Positions 30,702 through 41,288 are shown, counted from the stretch's first letter. The stretch: 64,000 nt of DNA from an uncultured Bacteriovoracaceae bacterium (GCA_964012805.1 CAXGUD010000012.1:32001-96000); one strand, 5' to 3'. Made by a program: numbers and translations. Notes: a model not told the origin generated them from the sequence alone.

Positions 30702-33647
30702 ATGAAAGCAAAAGAAAAAAGTGGAAGGAAATCAGGTAGTTATGAAGATTCTTTAAAGAATCGGGAAGAAGGGTTCCGCGATATTGTTAAGGAATTAGGG
30801 CATATCCACGTTGTAGGTGCCAAAGAACACAATCTAAAAAATATTGAAGTCAAAATACCCAAAAAAAAGCTCGTTATTATAACCGGGGTTTCCGGTTCGG
30901 GGAAGTCTTCCCTTGCCTTCGATACAGTTTATGCTGAGGGACAGCGTCGCTATGTTGAATCCCTTTCTAGCTATGCAAGACAGTTTTTGGGCCAAATGGA
31001 AAAACCAAAGTTTGATACCATAAAAGGGCTTTCTCCTACCATTGCTATTGAACAAAAAGCTGCTAGTAAAAACCCTAGGTCTACTGTTGGAACAATAACT
31101 GAAGTTTATGATTATTTAAGAGTCCTCTTTGCTCGATTAGGCACTCAGTTTTGTCATAGCTGTGGAAAAGAAGTTGGACGTGGCGATGCCATGAGTATGG
31201 TTAGTCAAATATTAAAAATTCCTGAATCGACTAAGGTTATTCTTCTAGCACCGGTCATTGAAAATAGGAAGGGTGAGCACAAGGAGATTCTCGAGGGTTT
31301 TAAGAAAGAAGGATATAGAAGAGTCCGCATTGACGGAATAGTTCGCGATATAGAAGATGTTCAAAGCCTTGCCAAAAACAAAAAGCATAATATTGAGGTG
31401 GTCATTGACCGTCTCAAAATAAAAAAAGATAAGGCCTTTCAAAAAAGGCTCACTGATTCGGTTGAGCAGTCTTTAAAGGTAGGTCATGGACAGATTTTTA
31501 TTCATATAGAGGGGAGAGAAGACCTTAAAATGAGTGAGGCCCGCTCCTGCTGTGGTCATGCCTTTCCAGAACTCATACCTCAACTTTTTTCTTTTAATTC
31601 CCCAACGGGAATGTGCGAGGATTGCCATGGACTGGGGACTGTTATTGATATAGACATTGACAAAGTGGTTCCCAACGAAAATTTATCCATCAGCGAAGGT
31701 GCCGTCAGGCCTTGGGATAATTATTTTGATAGTGATGGATCAAAGAAGGAGCTCTCCTGGGGACTCGCCAGAATAGAGGCCATGGAGGATGCTTGGGGAT
31801 TAGACCTTAATTGTCCTTGGAAAAAGATTCCCAAAAAAATAAAGGAAAGAATCCTCTATGGTTGTGAGGATCCTCGCTATCAACTGACCATGCAGTGGTT
31901 TGGAGAGAGTGGAGAAGGTCAGTGGAACACTCATTATGAAGGACTTATTCCCAGGCTTATGAGGCTTTACCTGAAACATAAAAGTGATGGGCGTAGGTCT
32001 TGGATTTCCAAATATATTTCAACCCTTAATTGTCAGACTTGTGGAGGAAAAAGGTTAAAAAATGAGGTCCAGCATGTGCTTGTTAAGGATAAGTCCATTA
32101 GTGAAGTGACCTCTATGTCGATACAGGATGCTTTGAACTTCTTTAAGGGAATGAAACTTAAAGGCAACCAAAAGTTAATTGCTGAGGAGCTTTTAAAAGA
32201 AATTAAAGATAGGCTCCGTTTTCTTGTTAATGTTGGCCTTAATTACCTTTCCTTGGACCGCCATGGGCCAAGTTTGTCTGGAGGGGAGGCGCAAAGAATC
32301 CGCTTGGCCTCTCAAATAGGAAGCGAATTGACGGGAGTTCTTTATATTTTAGATGAGCCTTCTATTGGTCTTCATCAAAGAGATAATATAAAACTGATCA
32401 ATACGCTAAAAAGGTTAAGAGATATTGGTAATAGTCTTATTGTTGTTGAGCATGACCAAGAGACTATGGAAGCTTCTGACTGGATTGTCGATATAGGCCC
32501 GGGAGCGGGTCATTTGGGTGGACAAATTATTGCTGAGGGGACTCCGGCCCAGTTGAAAAGGAGCCGGGTTTCCATGACGGGTCACTACCTAAGTGGCAAG
32601 GAAAATATACCCCTCCCTGAAGAAGTTCGAAAACCAGGTGACAAATGGCTTAGGATTATAGGGGCCACTGAGAATAATTTGCAAAATATAACTGCGGAGA
32701 TTCCTATAGGTCTTTTCACCTGTGTCACTGGAGTTAGTGGAGCTGGTAAATCAACTCTTATTAATCAGATCTTGTATCCGGCACTTAATAGGTTGCTTCA
32801 CGATTCTGATATGGAAGTAGGGAAGTATGAATCGATTGAAGGTCTCGATTATTTTGATAAGGTCATCAATATTGATCAAAAGCCTATAGGCAAAACACCC
32901 CGATCAAATCCAGCAACTTACACGAAAGTTTTTGACCTTATTCGAGACCTTTTTGAGCAGGTTCCGGAAGCCAAGGTTCGTGGTTATAAAAAAGGGCGTT
33001 TCTCATTTAATGTAAAAGGCGGACGTTGTGAGAAATGTGAAGGTGATGGATTTATAACAGTTGAAATGCATTTTCTTGCCGATGTTCTGGTTCCTTGTGA
33101 AGCCTGTAAAACGAAGCGTTTTAATCAACCAACGCTTGAAATTCTTTTTAAAGGTCACTCTATCGCTGATGTGTTGGATTTATCGGTTTCTGAGGCGCTG
33201 GAACTTTTTACAAATCAGCCAAAAATAAAAAAGATTTTGACTACATTGATGGACGTTGGACTTGGCTACATAAAACTAGGGCAACCTGCCACCACTCTTT
33301 CTGGAGGAGAGGCCCAAAGAATTAAATTGGCCAAAGAACTTTCAAAAAGGGATACAGGTAAGACTCTCTATATTCTCGACGAACCGACAACAGGTCTCCA
33401 TTTTCAGGATATTAAAAAACTTCTTAGCGTTTTAGACAGGCTTGTTAAAGGGGGAAATACGATCATTGTTATAGAACACAACCTGGATGTTATAAAGTGC
33501 GCTGACTGGTGCCTTGAGATAGGTCCTGAGGGGGGTCACCTTGGAGGTAAGGTTGTGGCCACCGGTTCACCGAAAAAGTTATCTCAGTCTAAAAAGGGTC
33601 CAACGGGAAGCTTTTTAAAAGAGATCTTCAAGAATCTTCCAAGTTAA
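30702..33647 (+). CDS. uvrA: Excinuclease ABC subunit A
   Basis: GAKEHNLKN, two Walker A motifs (GVSGSGKSS, GVSGAGKST), two LSGGEAQRI, zinc fingers and TPRSNPATYT. Confidence 0.98.
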   Translation: MKAKEKSGRKSGSYEDSLKNREEGFRDIVKELGHIHVVGAKEHNLKNIEVKIPKKKLVIITGVSGSGKSSLAFDTVYAEGQRRYVESLSSYARQFLGQMEKPKFDTIKGLSPTIAIEQKAASKNPRSTVGTITEVYDYLRVLFARLGTQFCHSCGKEVGRGDAMSMVSQILKIPESTKVILLAPVIENRKGEHKEILEGFKKEGYRRVRIDGIVRDIEDVQSLAKNKKHNIEVVIDRLKIKKDKAFQKRLTDSVEQSLKVGHGQIFIHIEGREDLKMSEARSCCGHAFPELIPQLFSFNSPTGMCEDCHGLGTVIDIDIDKVVPNENLSISEGAVRPWDNYFDSDGSKKELSWGLARIEAMEDAWGLDLNCPWKKIPKKIKERILYGCEDPRYQLTMQWFGESGEGQWNTHYEGLIPRLMRLYLKHKSDGRRSWISKYISTLNCQTCGGKRLKNEVQHVLVKDKSISEVTSMSIQDALNFFKGMKLKGNQKLIAEELLKEIKDRLRFLVNVGLNYLSLDRHGPSLSGGEAQRIRLASQIGSELTGVLYILDEPSIGLHQRDNIKLINTLKRLRDIGNSLIVVEHDQETMEASDWIVDIGPGAGHLGGQIIAEGTPAQLKRSRVSMTGHYLSGKENIPLPEEVRKPGDKWLRIIGATENNLQNITAEIPIGLFTCVTGVSGAGKSTLINQILYPALNRLLHDSDMEVGKYESIEGLDYFDKVINIDQKPIGKTPRSNPATYTKVFDLIRDLFEQVPEAKVRGYKKGRFSFNVKGGRCEKCEGDGFITVEMHFLADVLVPCEACKTKRFNQPTLEILFKGHSIADVLDLSVSEALELFTNQPKIKKILTTLMDVGLGYIKLGQPATTLSGGEAQRIKLAKELSKRDTGKTLYILDEPTTGLHFQDIKKLLSVLDRLVKGGNTIIVIEHNLDVIKCADWCLEIGPEGGHLGGKVVATGSPKKLSQSKKGPTGSFLKEIFKNLPS

Positions 33648-33714
33648 GATACAATTATCTAAGATAAGCAATAATAATTCATTATGTTCTTCATAAATTT
33701 TTCAAGGATGGAAA

Positions 33715-34491
33715 ATGAAGTCTTTAGTTTTTTTTAGTTCAGTATTATTGTCACTTTTTATTTCATCACCTGGCGCCCTTTCCAAAGAAAAAGAAAAAAC
33801 ATTTAAATTGGCAACGATTGAATGGCCTCCCTACACTTCAAGTAAAATAAAAGGCAAAGGATGGGCCAGTGCAGTTGTTAAAGCTGTATTTAAGAATCAA
33901 GGATATAATGTAAGAGTTGCTATTATGTCGGGAAAAAATACTTGGGGCAAAGTTCTAAGAAATGTGAAAAGTGGTAAATTTCTTGGAGGTTTTCCAGCTT
34001 ATTATTCTGAAGAAAGAACCATAGACTACTTTATCACCAGGGCTTTTGGAAGCGGTCCTCTTGCCTTCTTTAAGAGAAAGGGAGAAGAAATTCCTTTCGA
34101 TGGAGATCTTGAAACGCTAAAGAATTTCAAAATTGGTGTTGTTAAAGATTATTATAATGGAGAGGTTTTTACCAGGGCTGACTATTTAAAAAAGAGAATG
34201 TTTAAAAGTGACCGTGTTAGTCTTGTTATGTTGACAAAAAAGAGGGTCGACCTCGTCCTCCTTGATAAATTAGTCACCGAGTACCACTTAAATAACGACC
34301 CCTACTTAAAAAAATTAAAGGGAGGCCTTCAGGTTGTTAAGCCAGTTCTCCAAAATAAAGACCTTCACGTTCTTTTTACGAAAAAGAACAAGATGGGCGC
34401 AAAACTTACGATAGCTTTTAATAAGGGCTTAAATGCCATTAGAGAAAGTGGTGAACTTAAGAAAATTTTAGAAGAGTACAAAGCGAACTAA
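33715..34491 (+). CDS. Family-3 solute-binding protein
   Basis: Signal peptide, EWPPY, IGVVKDY, RVD and FNKGLNAIRESGEL. Confidence 0.85.
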   Translation: MKSLVFFSSVLLSLFISSPGALSKEKEKTFKLATIEWPPYTSSKIKGKGWASAVVKAVFKNQGYNVRVAIMSGKNTWGKVLRNVKSGKFLGGFPAYYSEERTIDYFITRAFGSGPLAFFKRKGEEIPFDGDLETLKNFKIGVVKDYYNGEVFTRADYLKKRMFKSDRVSLVMLTKKRVDLVLLDKLVTEYHLNNDPYLKKLKGGLQVVKPVLQNKDLHVLFTKKNKMGAKLTIAFNKGLNAIRESGELKKILEEYKAN

Positions 34492-34640
34492 AAAGAGAAG
34501 CCAGTTAAAAAGTAAAGCCAGTTAAAATGTAAAGTTGACCCTGTTTTAAACGAATAGAAAGTTTCGTAAAATGATCTCTATGAGGTACTCTAAGACCTTT
34601 TTTTCCACCCAAAATTTCATTTTGATAAAGGGAATTAAAA

Positions 34641-36308
34641 ATGGATGATTCATCAAAAACAAGTCTTATAAAAGAAGGTCTACCTTCCGCCATACTTCTT
34701 GTGATACTTGTTATTATTGGCATTGTCCTTGATAAAATGGGTCAAGACATCCATTGGCCTGGTTATTTGTCCATGGTCCTTTTTTATGTAGTGATCTTTG
34801 TTGTGGGAACTTATGCAGCTCACATTGGTCGACAAAAGCAAAAAGACCTTAATACGGATTCAACTGATACTATGATGTTAGCAGGCCGCTCTGTCCCCTT
34901 GATGATGGCAGTCTTTACCATGAGTGCCACTTGGGTTGGTGGAGGTTATATCAATGGAACAGCAGAATACGCTTATAATCCAGATTATGGTCTTGTATGG
35001 GCACAGGCCCCATGGGGTTATGCTATTAGCTTAATTTTGGGAGGACTCTTTTTCGCAAAAAAGATGAGGCGTCACGAATTTAAAACAATGCTGGACCCTT
35101 TTGAAAGAAGGTATGGAAAAGGGGTGGCAGGCGTTCTTTATCTTCCTGCCCTTATGGGTGAAACTTTTTGGACAGCTGCGATTTTAACAGCTTTGGGTTC
35201 AACCTTTGGAACAGTTCTTGGTCTCGATTTCACGCCTTCAATTATATTATCAGCAGCAGTCGCGATCGCTTATACCGCTTTAGGTGGACTTTGGGCGGTT
35301 GCTTTAACTGATATGATTCAAATGGTCCTACTCCTTGTAGGGTTATTTCTTGTTCTTCCCTTTGCTTTAGATCATGTTGGAGGCTGGGATTGGGCCTGGC
35401 AAACCTATGAAAAGAAAATGGGCCCTATAGCTTCTTTTTTGCCATCTAAAGCAGCTCTGGGTAATTATTTTTATAATTGGTGGGATTATGCTTTTCTTCT
35501 AATGATGGGAGGAATTCCTTGGCACGTTTATTTTCAACGTGTTCTTTCTTCCAAAGATGAAAATACTGCTCAAAGGTTATCTATTATCGCTGGGTTGGTT
35601 TGTATTTTAGCAGCTATTCCCGCTAGTATGATTGGGATTATTGGAAATGTTGTGGATTGGACAACTGTTGGGTTATCACAAGCTCCTGAAGCGGCTCAAG
35701 TTCTCCCTAATGTTGTTCGTTATCTAACAAATCCTTGGGTAGCGACGATTGGACTGGGAGCGATTGCAGCAGCCGTTATGTCCTCAGTGGATTCATCAAT
35801 TCTCTCGGCTTCATCGATGGCCGGTTGGAATGTTTTTAGACCTCTTTATTCTCACTTTAAGAAAAAAGAAGTGGAGCCTAAGTCTCTTGCTAAAGTTATT
35901 CAAGGGTGTATTTGGATTGTTGGGATTGCTGCCACTTTAATTGCTTTAAGAAAGGGAAGTGTTTACGAGCTTTGGTTTTTATGCAGTGACTTTGTCTACT
36001 GTATTCTCTTTCCTCAATTAGTTTTGGCGCTTTATGATAAGAAGGCCAATACTATAGGAAGTATTTGCGGCTTTATTGTGGCCGCGATACTCCGCTTTGG
36101 GGGTGGAGAGTCTTCTTTAGGTATTCCTGACTTTTTTGAATATCACAAAGTATTCGGAATGCCGGAGTTATATGATGCCAAGGCAAACAAAGGACTTTTT
36201 CCTTTTAGGACACTAGCTATGGTTTCAAGCCTTATAACAATCATGGTTGTTTCAAGGCTGACTCAAAAAATAAGTCCTCCAAGATCTCTAGAAAAGACAG
36301 ATGTTTAA
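34641..36308 (+). CDS. Sodium:solute symporter, high-affinity choline transporter (CHT1/SLC5A7)-like
   Basis: ATWVGGGYINGTAE, WAQAPWGYAISLILGGLFFAK, TMLDPF, PALMGETFW, GGIPWHVYFQRVLS, AAVMSSVDSSILS and FPFRTLAM closely match the CHT1 sequence as I recall it. Confidence 0.88.
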   Translation: MDDSSKTSLIKEGLPSAILLVILVIIGIVLDKMGQDIHWPGYLSMVLFYVVIFVVGTYAAHIGRQKQKDLNTDSTDTMMLAGRSVPLMMAVFTMSATWVGGGYINGTAEYAYNPDYGLVWAQAPWGYAISLILGGLFFAKKMRRHEFKTMLDPFERRYGKGVAGVLYLPALMGETFWTAAILTALGSTFGTVLGLDFTPSIILSAAVAIAYTALGGLWAVALTDMIQMVLLLVGLFLVLPFALDHVGGWDWAWQTYEKKMGPIASFLPSKAALGNYFYNWWDYAFLLMMGGIPWHVYFQRVLSSKDENTAQRLSIIAGLVCILAAIPASMIGIIGNVVDWTTVGLSQAPEAAQVLPNVVRYLTNPWVATIGLGAIAAAVMSSVDSSILSASSMAGWNVFRPLYSHFKKKEVEPKSLAKVIQGCIWIVGIAATLIALRKGSVYELWFLCSDFVYCILFPQLVLALYDKKANTIGSICGFIVAAILRFGGGESSLGIPDFFEYHKVFGMPELYDAKANKGLFPFRTLAMVSSLITIMVVSRLTQKISPPRSLEKTDV

Positions 36309-36347
36309 AAAAAGCATCAAGAGTTAGAGCGTTTATGGGAGGCTTTT

Positions 36348-37205
36348 ATGGTATTGGAGTCAATTGAAAAGGTCTTTTTTCTTCTCTTTGGCTTCGGCCT
36401 TGTCTTTTATATTGGTCTCGTTGTGGAAGCTAGGGAACTCCTCCCTTTTCTAAAAAAGAAAACAACTCTTTTTTTAGGTCCCTTTTATCAATTCGGTGTT
36501 TCTCCACTGATTGCAATTATGCTTGGAAACCTTCTCAAATTGGAAGGGCTTGTTCTTCAAGGTTTTCTTTTGTTATCGATGACTCCTTGTGGTTCAATGC
36601 CAAATTCATTAACGATCGTGGCCAAAGGAAACAAGGAATTAAGTGTTGCGATGACAATTGTGAATTCAATTTTGGGTCTGGTTCTAATTCCTATTTTAGC
36701 GGAAGTTTACCTTAAAAATGAGGGAGAAATAACTCTTCCTTTTTTGAATATGTTTGGAAATTTAGTTGTTCTCGTTTCATGCATTCTTGGAGGAATGTTT
36801 ATTAAAATAAAGAGGAACACATGGACACATTATTTGAAAAAAATAATGACCTTTATACTTTTCCTTAGTATTTTGGGGATATTAATTTTTTCGGGGAAAA
36901 AAATAATAATTCTTTTTTATAAGGCAAGTTTTAAAATCATTTTTGCTTCAATAGCTTTACCTTTGATTCTTTATGTAATTTCCTTTTTTATATCAATATA
37001 TTTAAGACAATCAAAAAGTGATGCCAAGGCGCTAGCATTAGGTTCAGGAACTTTTAATTCTCCTTTAACTATTGTCCTTATTCTAGGAAGTTACCCATTA
37101 AGTGTTTCAGGAGGTGTTTTAAAAATTCCTCTCCTTTATACACCCATAATTATTCTATTGGGTGCTTTGACCGCTTTTGTGTTATCTTTTATTTCGAGAG
37201 ATTGA
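36348..37205 (+). CDS. Bile acid:sodium symporter (BASS) family transporter
   Basis: QFGVSPL, TPCGSMPN, AKGNKELSVAMT; multi-TM. Confidence 0.8.
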   Translation: MVLESIEKVFFLLFGFGLVFYIGLVVEARELLPFLKKKTTLFLGPFYQFGVSPLIAIMLGNLLKLEGLVLQGFLLLSMTPCGSMPNSLTIVAKGNKELSVAMTIVNSILGLVLIPILAEVYLKNEGEITLPFLNMFGNLVVLVSCILGGMFIKIKRNTWTHYLKKIMTFILFLSILGILIFSGKKIIILFYKASFKIIFASIALPLILYVISFFISIYLRQSKSDAKALALGSGTFNSPLTIVLILGSYPLSVSGGVLKIPLLYTPIIILLGALTAFVLSFISRD

Positions 37206-37297
37206 TCAAACTTGTTTGATAAAAATTAATTTATTTTGAAAAATATTAAAATGTAATTAAACTATTCTTATAAATAAATTAAGAAAAGGAATAAATT

Positions 37298-38092
37298 GTG
37301 AAAAAAATTTTTCTGTTAATTTTAATGACCTTTTCAATGCAAGGTATTTCTAAGGACAAAAACAAAAATATAGAGCTTTATGGGGATAATAATTATCCAC
37401 CTTACAGTTATGTTGGAGAAGACAACAAGCTTGTTGGTATATACCCCAGCATATTGAGGGAAGCAGTTAAAGAGATTACAGGTTATAAAGTGACTTTAAA
37501 AGCCGTTCCCTGGAAAAGGGGCTTAAGAATGTTGAAGAAAAATAAAATACAGGGTCTTTTTCCACCATATTTTAGAGTTGAGCAAAGACCTTTTATGTGG
37601 CCTTACTCATTGGCGATACTAGAAGAAGAAGCCGTTGTAGTTTGCAGGAAGGAAGTAAAATTAGGAAAAAAACCTTTCTGGCCAAATGACTTTAAAAATC
37701 TGAAAATAGCAAGGAATCTGGGCTTTGCTACCGGAGGAAATGTCTGGAAACAACTTATTGAAACACAAGAAATCAAAGATCATCAAGTAAGAGATATTGA
37801 GATGGCGATTTTGATGATGTCAAAGGATAGAATTGATTGCTATATGAATGATAGAATAAGTATTTTTTGGACGATTAACAAAATGATTAAAGATAAAAAG
37901 ATTGATAAACATAAAATAGATAAGTTTGTAGAAAAAGCAGTCATTTCAAGGGAAAGAGGATTTATAGGTTATTCATCGAAATGGAACCCTAGTTTTAAGG
38001 AGGACTTCTTAAAAAAACTAGATCATTCTATCCATGAGATGAGGAAGAAAGGTAGAGTGGAAGAAATTAAGAAAAAGTTTCTATCACAGTAA
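37298..38092 (+). CDS. Family-3 solute-binding protein
   Basis: Signal peptide, NYPPYSY, VPWKRGL and RIDCYMND. Confidence 0.85.
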   Translation: MKKIFLLILMTFSMQGISKDKNKNIELYGDNNYPPYSYVGEDNKLVGIYPSILREAVKEITGYKVTLKAVPWKRGLRMLKKNKIQGLFPPYFRVEQRPFMWPYSLAILEEEAVVVCRKEVKLGKKPFWPNDFKNLKIARNLGFATGGNVWKQLIETQEIKDHQVRDIEMAILMMSKDRIDCYMNDRISIFWTINKMIKDKKIDKHKIDKFVEKAVISRERGFIGYSSKWNPSFKEDFLKKLDHSIHEMRKKGRVEEIKKKFLSQ

Positions 38093-38156
38093 ATAAAAAT
38101 AGCTAGAAGTAATTAATACAATTACACATTTTTTAAAATAAGGAAGGTCAGGAGAG

Positions 38157-38993
38157 TTAAGCCTGCTCACCTTCCTCTTCTTCTTCACCTGGTTCTTTTA
38201 GTTCCCTATTTTTAAGTGTAATACTTCTAATCTTTTCTCGCTGAATTTCATTAAACCCTTTAAAAGTCATTTCTGATTTGAAAGTATCTTTAGAAACTTG
38301 CTCCGAAAAAACAACCACACCTTTTAAGTTAAAGTTTACTTTGTAGATATCTGTAAGAGTCTCAGACAAGATGGTTACTACCTCTCCATCTGGAATTTTA
38401 AAAGGTACTTCGAGAAATGCTCCAACTTCTGATAAAGAGCTCAATTTCAAAGGACCCTTACTTTTAAACTCTTGAAGAATTACTACAAGGGTTGAAGGAA
38501 CAGAATGGAAGCGGTTACCAGCACTTTGACCCATGAGTCGTTCAATTTTTTGAAGTAGAATCTTATCATCTATTGGCTTAACAATATAATCGTCTCCCCC
38601 ACCCTGAAGGGCCAAATCAATTTTTGTTTGATCGTCATAGGAGGAACAAAAAAGGATTTTAAGGTTTATTTCATCATTAGAAATTGTATTTTTTATGGCC
38701 TGTTTACTTTTTTCCTCTTCATGCTTTTCAATTTCCTGGGCTTGTTTATTTTTAACCTTTTTCAATTTCAATTTAAGCTGATGAAGTGTTTGGATCCCAT
38801 TCATTTCGGGCATCATTATATCTAGAATGAGGACATTGATAGTGCTATCCTCTTGTAGCATTCTTATGCACTCCTTCCCATTTGATGCTTGAAGGACTTC
38901 ATAGCCTGCTCTACTTAATTTGAGGGCTATAAAAATTCTAAGATCATCACTGTCGTCACAAATGAGGATTTTACCTTTCTTTTCTTCATCCAT
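38157..38993 (-). CDS. Response regulator: receiver with charged insertion plus PilZ-like C-terminal domain
   Basis: ICDDS, LDIMMPEMNG and DYIVKP; C-terminal SLSEVGA...GVVV...F beta pattern. Confidence 0.75.
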   Translation of the reverse strand: MDEEKKGKILICDDSDDLRIFIALKLSRAGYEVLQASNGKECIRMLQEDSTINVLILDIMMPEMNGIQTLHQLKLKLKKVKNKQAQEIEKHEEEKSKQAIKNTISNDEINLKILFCSSYDDQTKIDLALQGGGDDYIVKPIDDKILLQKIERLMGQSAGNRFHSVPSTLVVILQEFKSKGPLKLSSLSEVGAFLEVPFKIPDGEVVTILSETLTDIYKVNFNLKGVVVFSEQVSKDTFKSEMTFKGFNEIQREKIRSITLKNRELKEPGEEEEEGEQA

Positions 38994-39252
38994 TATTTTT
39001 ATCTCAACAAAAATTATAACGGTAACAAAAAGGAGTATTAAACTGAGTTCTATTCTATTAGCTTTTCATAAAAATAAGCTTTTTTTTAAAAAATAAATTA
39101 TAATAAAAAATAAAAAATTTAAATAATATTAATATTATGAATGAAAAAAAAATAAATAAAATTTACCAAAATTATTTTAGTTAAAATTTTTAAGTAAAAT
39201 TCCCGATATGACTAATTACATTGTTTAAACAATAGATGGTAGCCGTAAAAAA

Positions 39253-40314
39253 ATGTTTAATTTATCCTTTTTAACAAAAATATTATTAATCCTCTCAATG
39301 AGTAATACTTTATTTTGTGCGGAAGTTGATAACTTTAGAGGACGATATGAAGATATACCTGATATGAGGGATCTTTTTAATAAAAAAACAAATTTCTATT
39401 TTGAAAAGGGTATTAAGGAACTTAACAAAAAAAACCATAAATGTGAATCAGGTCCTTTATATAAAAAAATGAGGACCTACTTTAGAAATCACATGACTGG
39501 GTCATTTAATAAATGGATGTTAAAGAGTAAAGAGGTTCATGTCGTTTATACCAAACCAAAAGAGAGTATATATAAGTATTGGAATACTTTTGAAAGTTTT
39601 CCAATTAAATTACTTTCTCCTATTATGTTTAAAAAACCAGCAGGTGTTTTGGCCGGTTACGTGAGGGTTGGGCCTGTTTTATTGGGTACCGATAAATTTG
39701 AGCATTTTCTTGGAACGGGCTTTTCTTACTTCAGGTCTTACTTTATAAAAAAGAAATCTATTAACCAGACAGCGCAAATAGGCTGGCGGGATGAAGTCGG
39801 ACCTCTGGGAGGAATGACTGTCGGGGTAATGTCTTTTGGAGATTTAGCCGCAGAATTTAATGGAATGTTCTTTTGGAATGACCTTTTAAGGTTTCATGAC
39901 TCTCTCTCCAAGAAAAAAAAATCTTATGGGACAAAAGATTTCGTTCACGATCATAGAAATGGGCCTTATATTATTTGCAAAAATAATAAGTGGGTCTTAA
40001 ATAAACTTAAACCGTTTGATTGGGGACATTATTTAGATGACAGTATGGATGAAGCGATTAACTGTAGCCTTTTTAAAACAAAAAGTATGGGAATAAAGGT
40101 AAAAAAATCTTTAAGAGAGTTAGAGAAGAAAAAGGGCATAAAGTATAAATGCCCTATGGAACCAGAAAAGTTTAGAAAGTTAAAAAAGAAATACGGTAAA
40201 TATGGTCCTCTTATTTTAAATGAATCAGGTCATGGACCTATTACAAGAGAAATAAGATGGAGAAAATGGCGAAAAATAAATTTAGATACCTATAAAAAAC
40301 CTACACAGAATTAA
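39253..40314 (+). CDS. Hypothetical exported protein
   Basis: Signal peptide; GTDKFEHFLGTG...SFGDLAAEFNG may be a catalytic or metal motif. Function unknown. Confidence 0.7.
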   Translation: MFNLSFLTKILLILSMSNTLFCAEVDNFRGRYEDIPDMRDLFNKKTNFYFEKGIKELNKKNHKCESGPLYKKMRTYFRNHMTGSFNKWMLKSKEVHVVYTKPKESIYKYWNTFESFPIKLLSPIMFKKPAGVLAGYVRVGPVLLGTDKFEHFLGTGFSYFRSYFIKKKSINQTAQIGWRDEVGPLGGMTVGVMSFGDLAAEFNGMFFWNDLLRFHDSLSKKKKSYGTKDFVHDHRNGPYIICKNNKWVLNKLKPFDWGHYLDDSMDEAINCSLFKTKSMGIKVKKSLRELEKKKGIKYKCPMEPEKFRKLKKKYGKYGPLILNESGHGPITREIRWRKWRKINLDTYKKPTQN

Positions 40315-40422
40315 AAGCCTTAATAAAAGATTAATAATATCCCTATATTTTAAATAGTCCGATCGGGTTTAGGTTTTAATGATAGTATGAGTTGAAAAGG
40401 GTAATTTTTATTGGAGAAGTAA

Positions 40423-41238
40423 GTGAAAAAAGAGTTCAATTTCTTTATTATCTTTCTTGTCCTTTTTATAGCTTCAGTAAGTGGTCTGGGTTGGTACATA
40501 AAAAATATTGACCTACCAAAAAAAGAAATAAATAAAGAAAACATAAAAAAAATTATTGATGAAAATCCTCTTTATTTCGCAGAATCTTTCAAAGGGGTTA
40601 TGCTGGCCCTTCAAAACCAGGAGGAAGAAAAAAGAAGAAAGGCTGAGTTAGAAAAAATGGAGGCTTTTTTTGACACCCCATTAAACCCTAAGCTCGATAA
40701 TGAAGCTTTTCTAGGCCCAAAAGATGCCCCTATAACTCTTGTAGAATATTCCGATTTTGAGTGTCCTTATTGTTCTCGCTCTGCTGAAACTGTTAAAGTT
40801 TTGTTGAAGAAGTATCCAGGAAAAATTAAGTTTATTTATAAACATCTTCCTTTGAAATTTCATAAGAATGCAATGATTGCGGCCCAATACTTTGAGGCTG
40901 CACTAATCCAGGATAAGAAAAAGGCCTTTGATTATCATTTCAAAATTTTTGAGTCTCAAAGAACCCTACAAAAGGGCGGGGAAAAGTTTCTAAAAAAATT
41001 GGCCATGGAGCTTGGTTTTGATTCCAAAAGATTAACAAGAGATGCCAACTCAGGGCTCGTTTTGTTAAAAATTAAGTCTCATGTTGATGAAGCAACTCAG
41101 TTTGGCATAAGTGGAACCCCGGGCTTTTTAGTTAATGGAGTTCCTATAAAGGGTGCTTACCCAATTGAATATTTTGATCATATAATTGAACTCATAGTTC
41201 GTAAGAACCCAACTCTTTTCAAAAAGTCTTCTAAATAA
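40423..41238 (+). CDS. DsbA/Com1-like thioredoxin-fold protein
   Basis: YSDFECPYC, KHLPL, GISGTPGFLVNG and N-terminal TM. Confidence 0.92.
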   Translation: MKKEFNFFIIFLVLFIASVSGLGWYIKNIDLPKKEINKENIKKIIDENPLYFAESFKGVMLALQNQEEEKRRKAELEKMEAFFDTPLNPKLDNEAFLGPKDAPITLVEYSDFECPYCSRSAETVKVLLKKYPGKIKFIYKHLPLKFHKNAMIAAQYFEAALIQDKKKAFDYHFKIFESQRTLQKGGEKFLKKLAMELGFDSKRLTRDANSGLVLLKIKSHVDEATQFGISGTPGFLVNGVPIKGAYPIEYFDHIIELIVRKNPTLFKKSSK

Positions 41239-41242
41239 GGCT

Positions 41243-41288
41243 TTTAAAGTTGGTAATATAGGGTGCACTTTATATCACCAACTTTAAA
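41243..41288 (+). terminator. Long inverted repeat downstream of the dsbA-like gene (terminator-like)
   Basis: TTTAAAGTTGGT(A)ATATA...TATAT(C)ACCAACTTTAAA. Confidence 0.55.

Noticed and set aside
30440..30702. SOS box upstream of uvrA
   Set aside because: No palindrome matching a LexA box that I can recognise.
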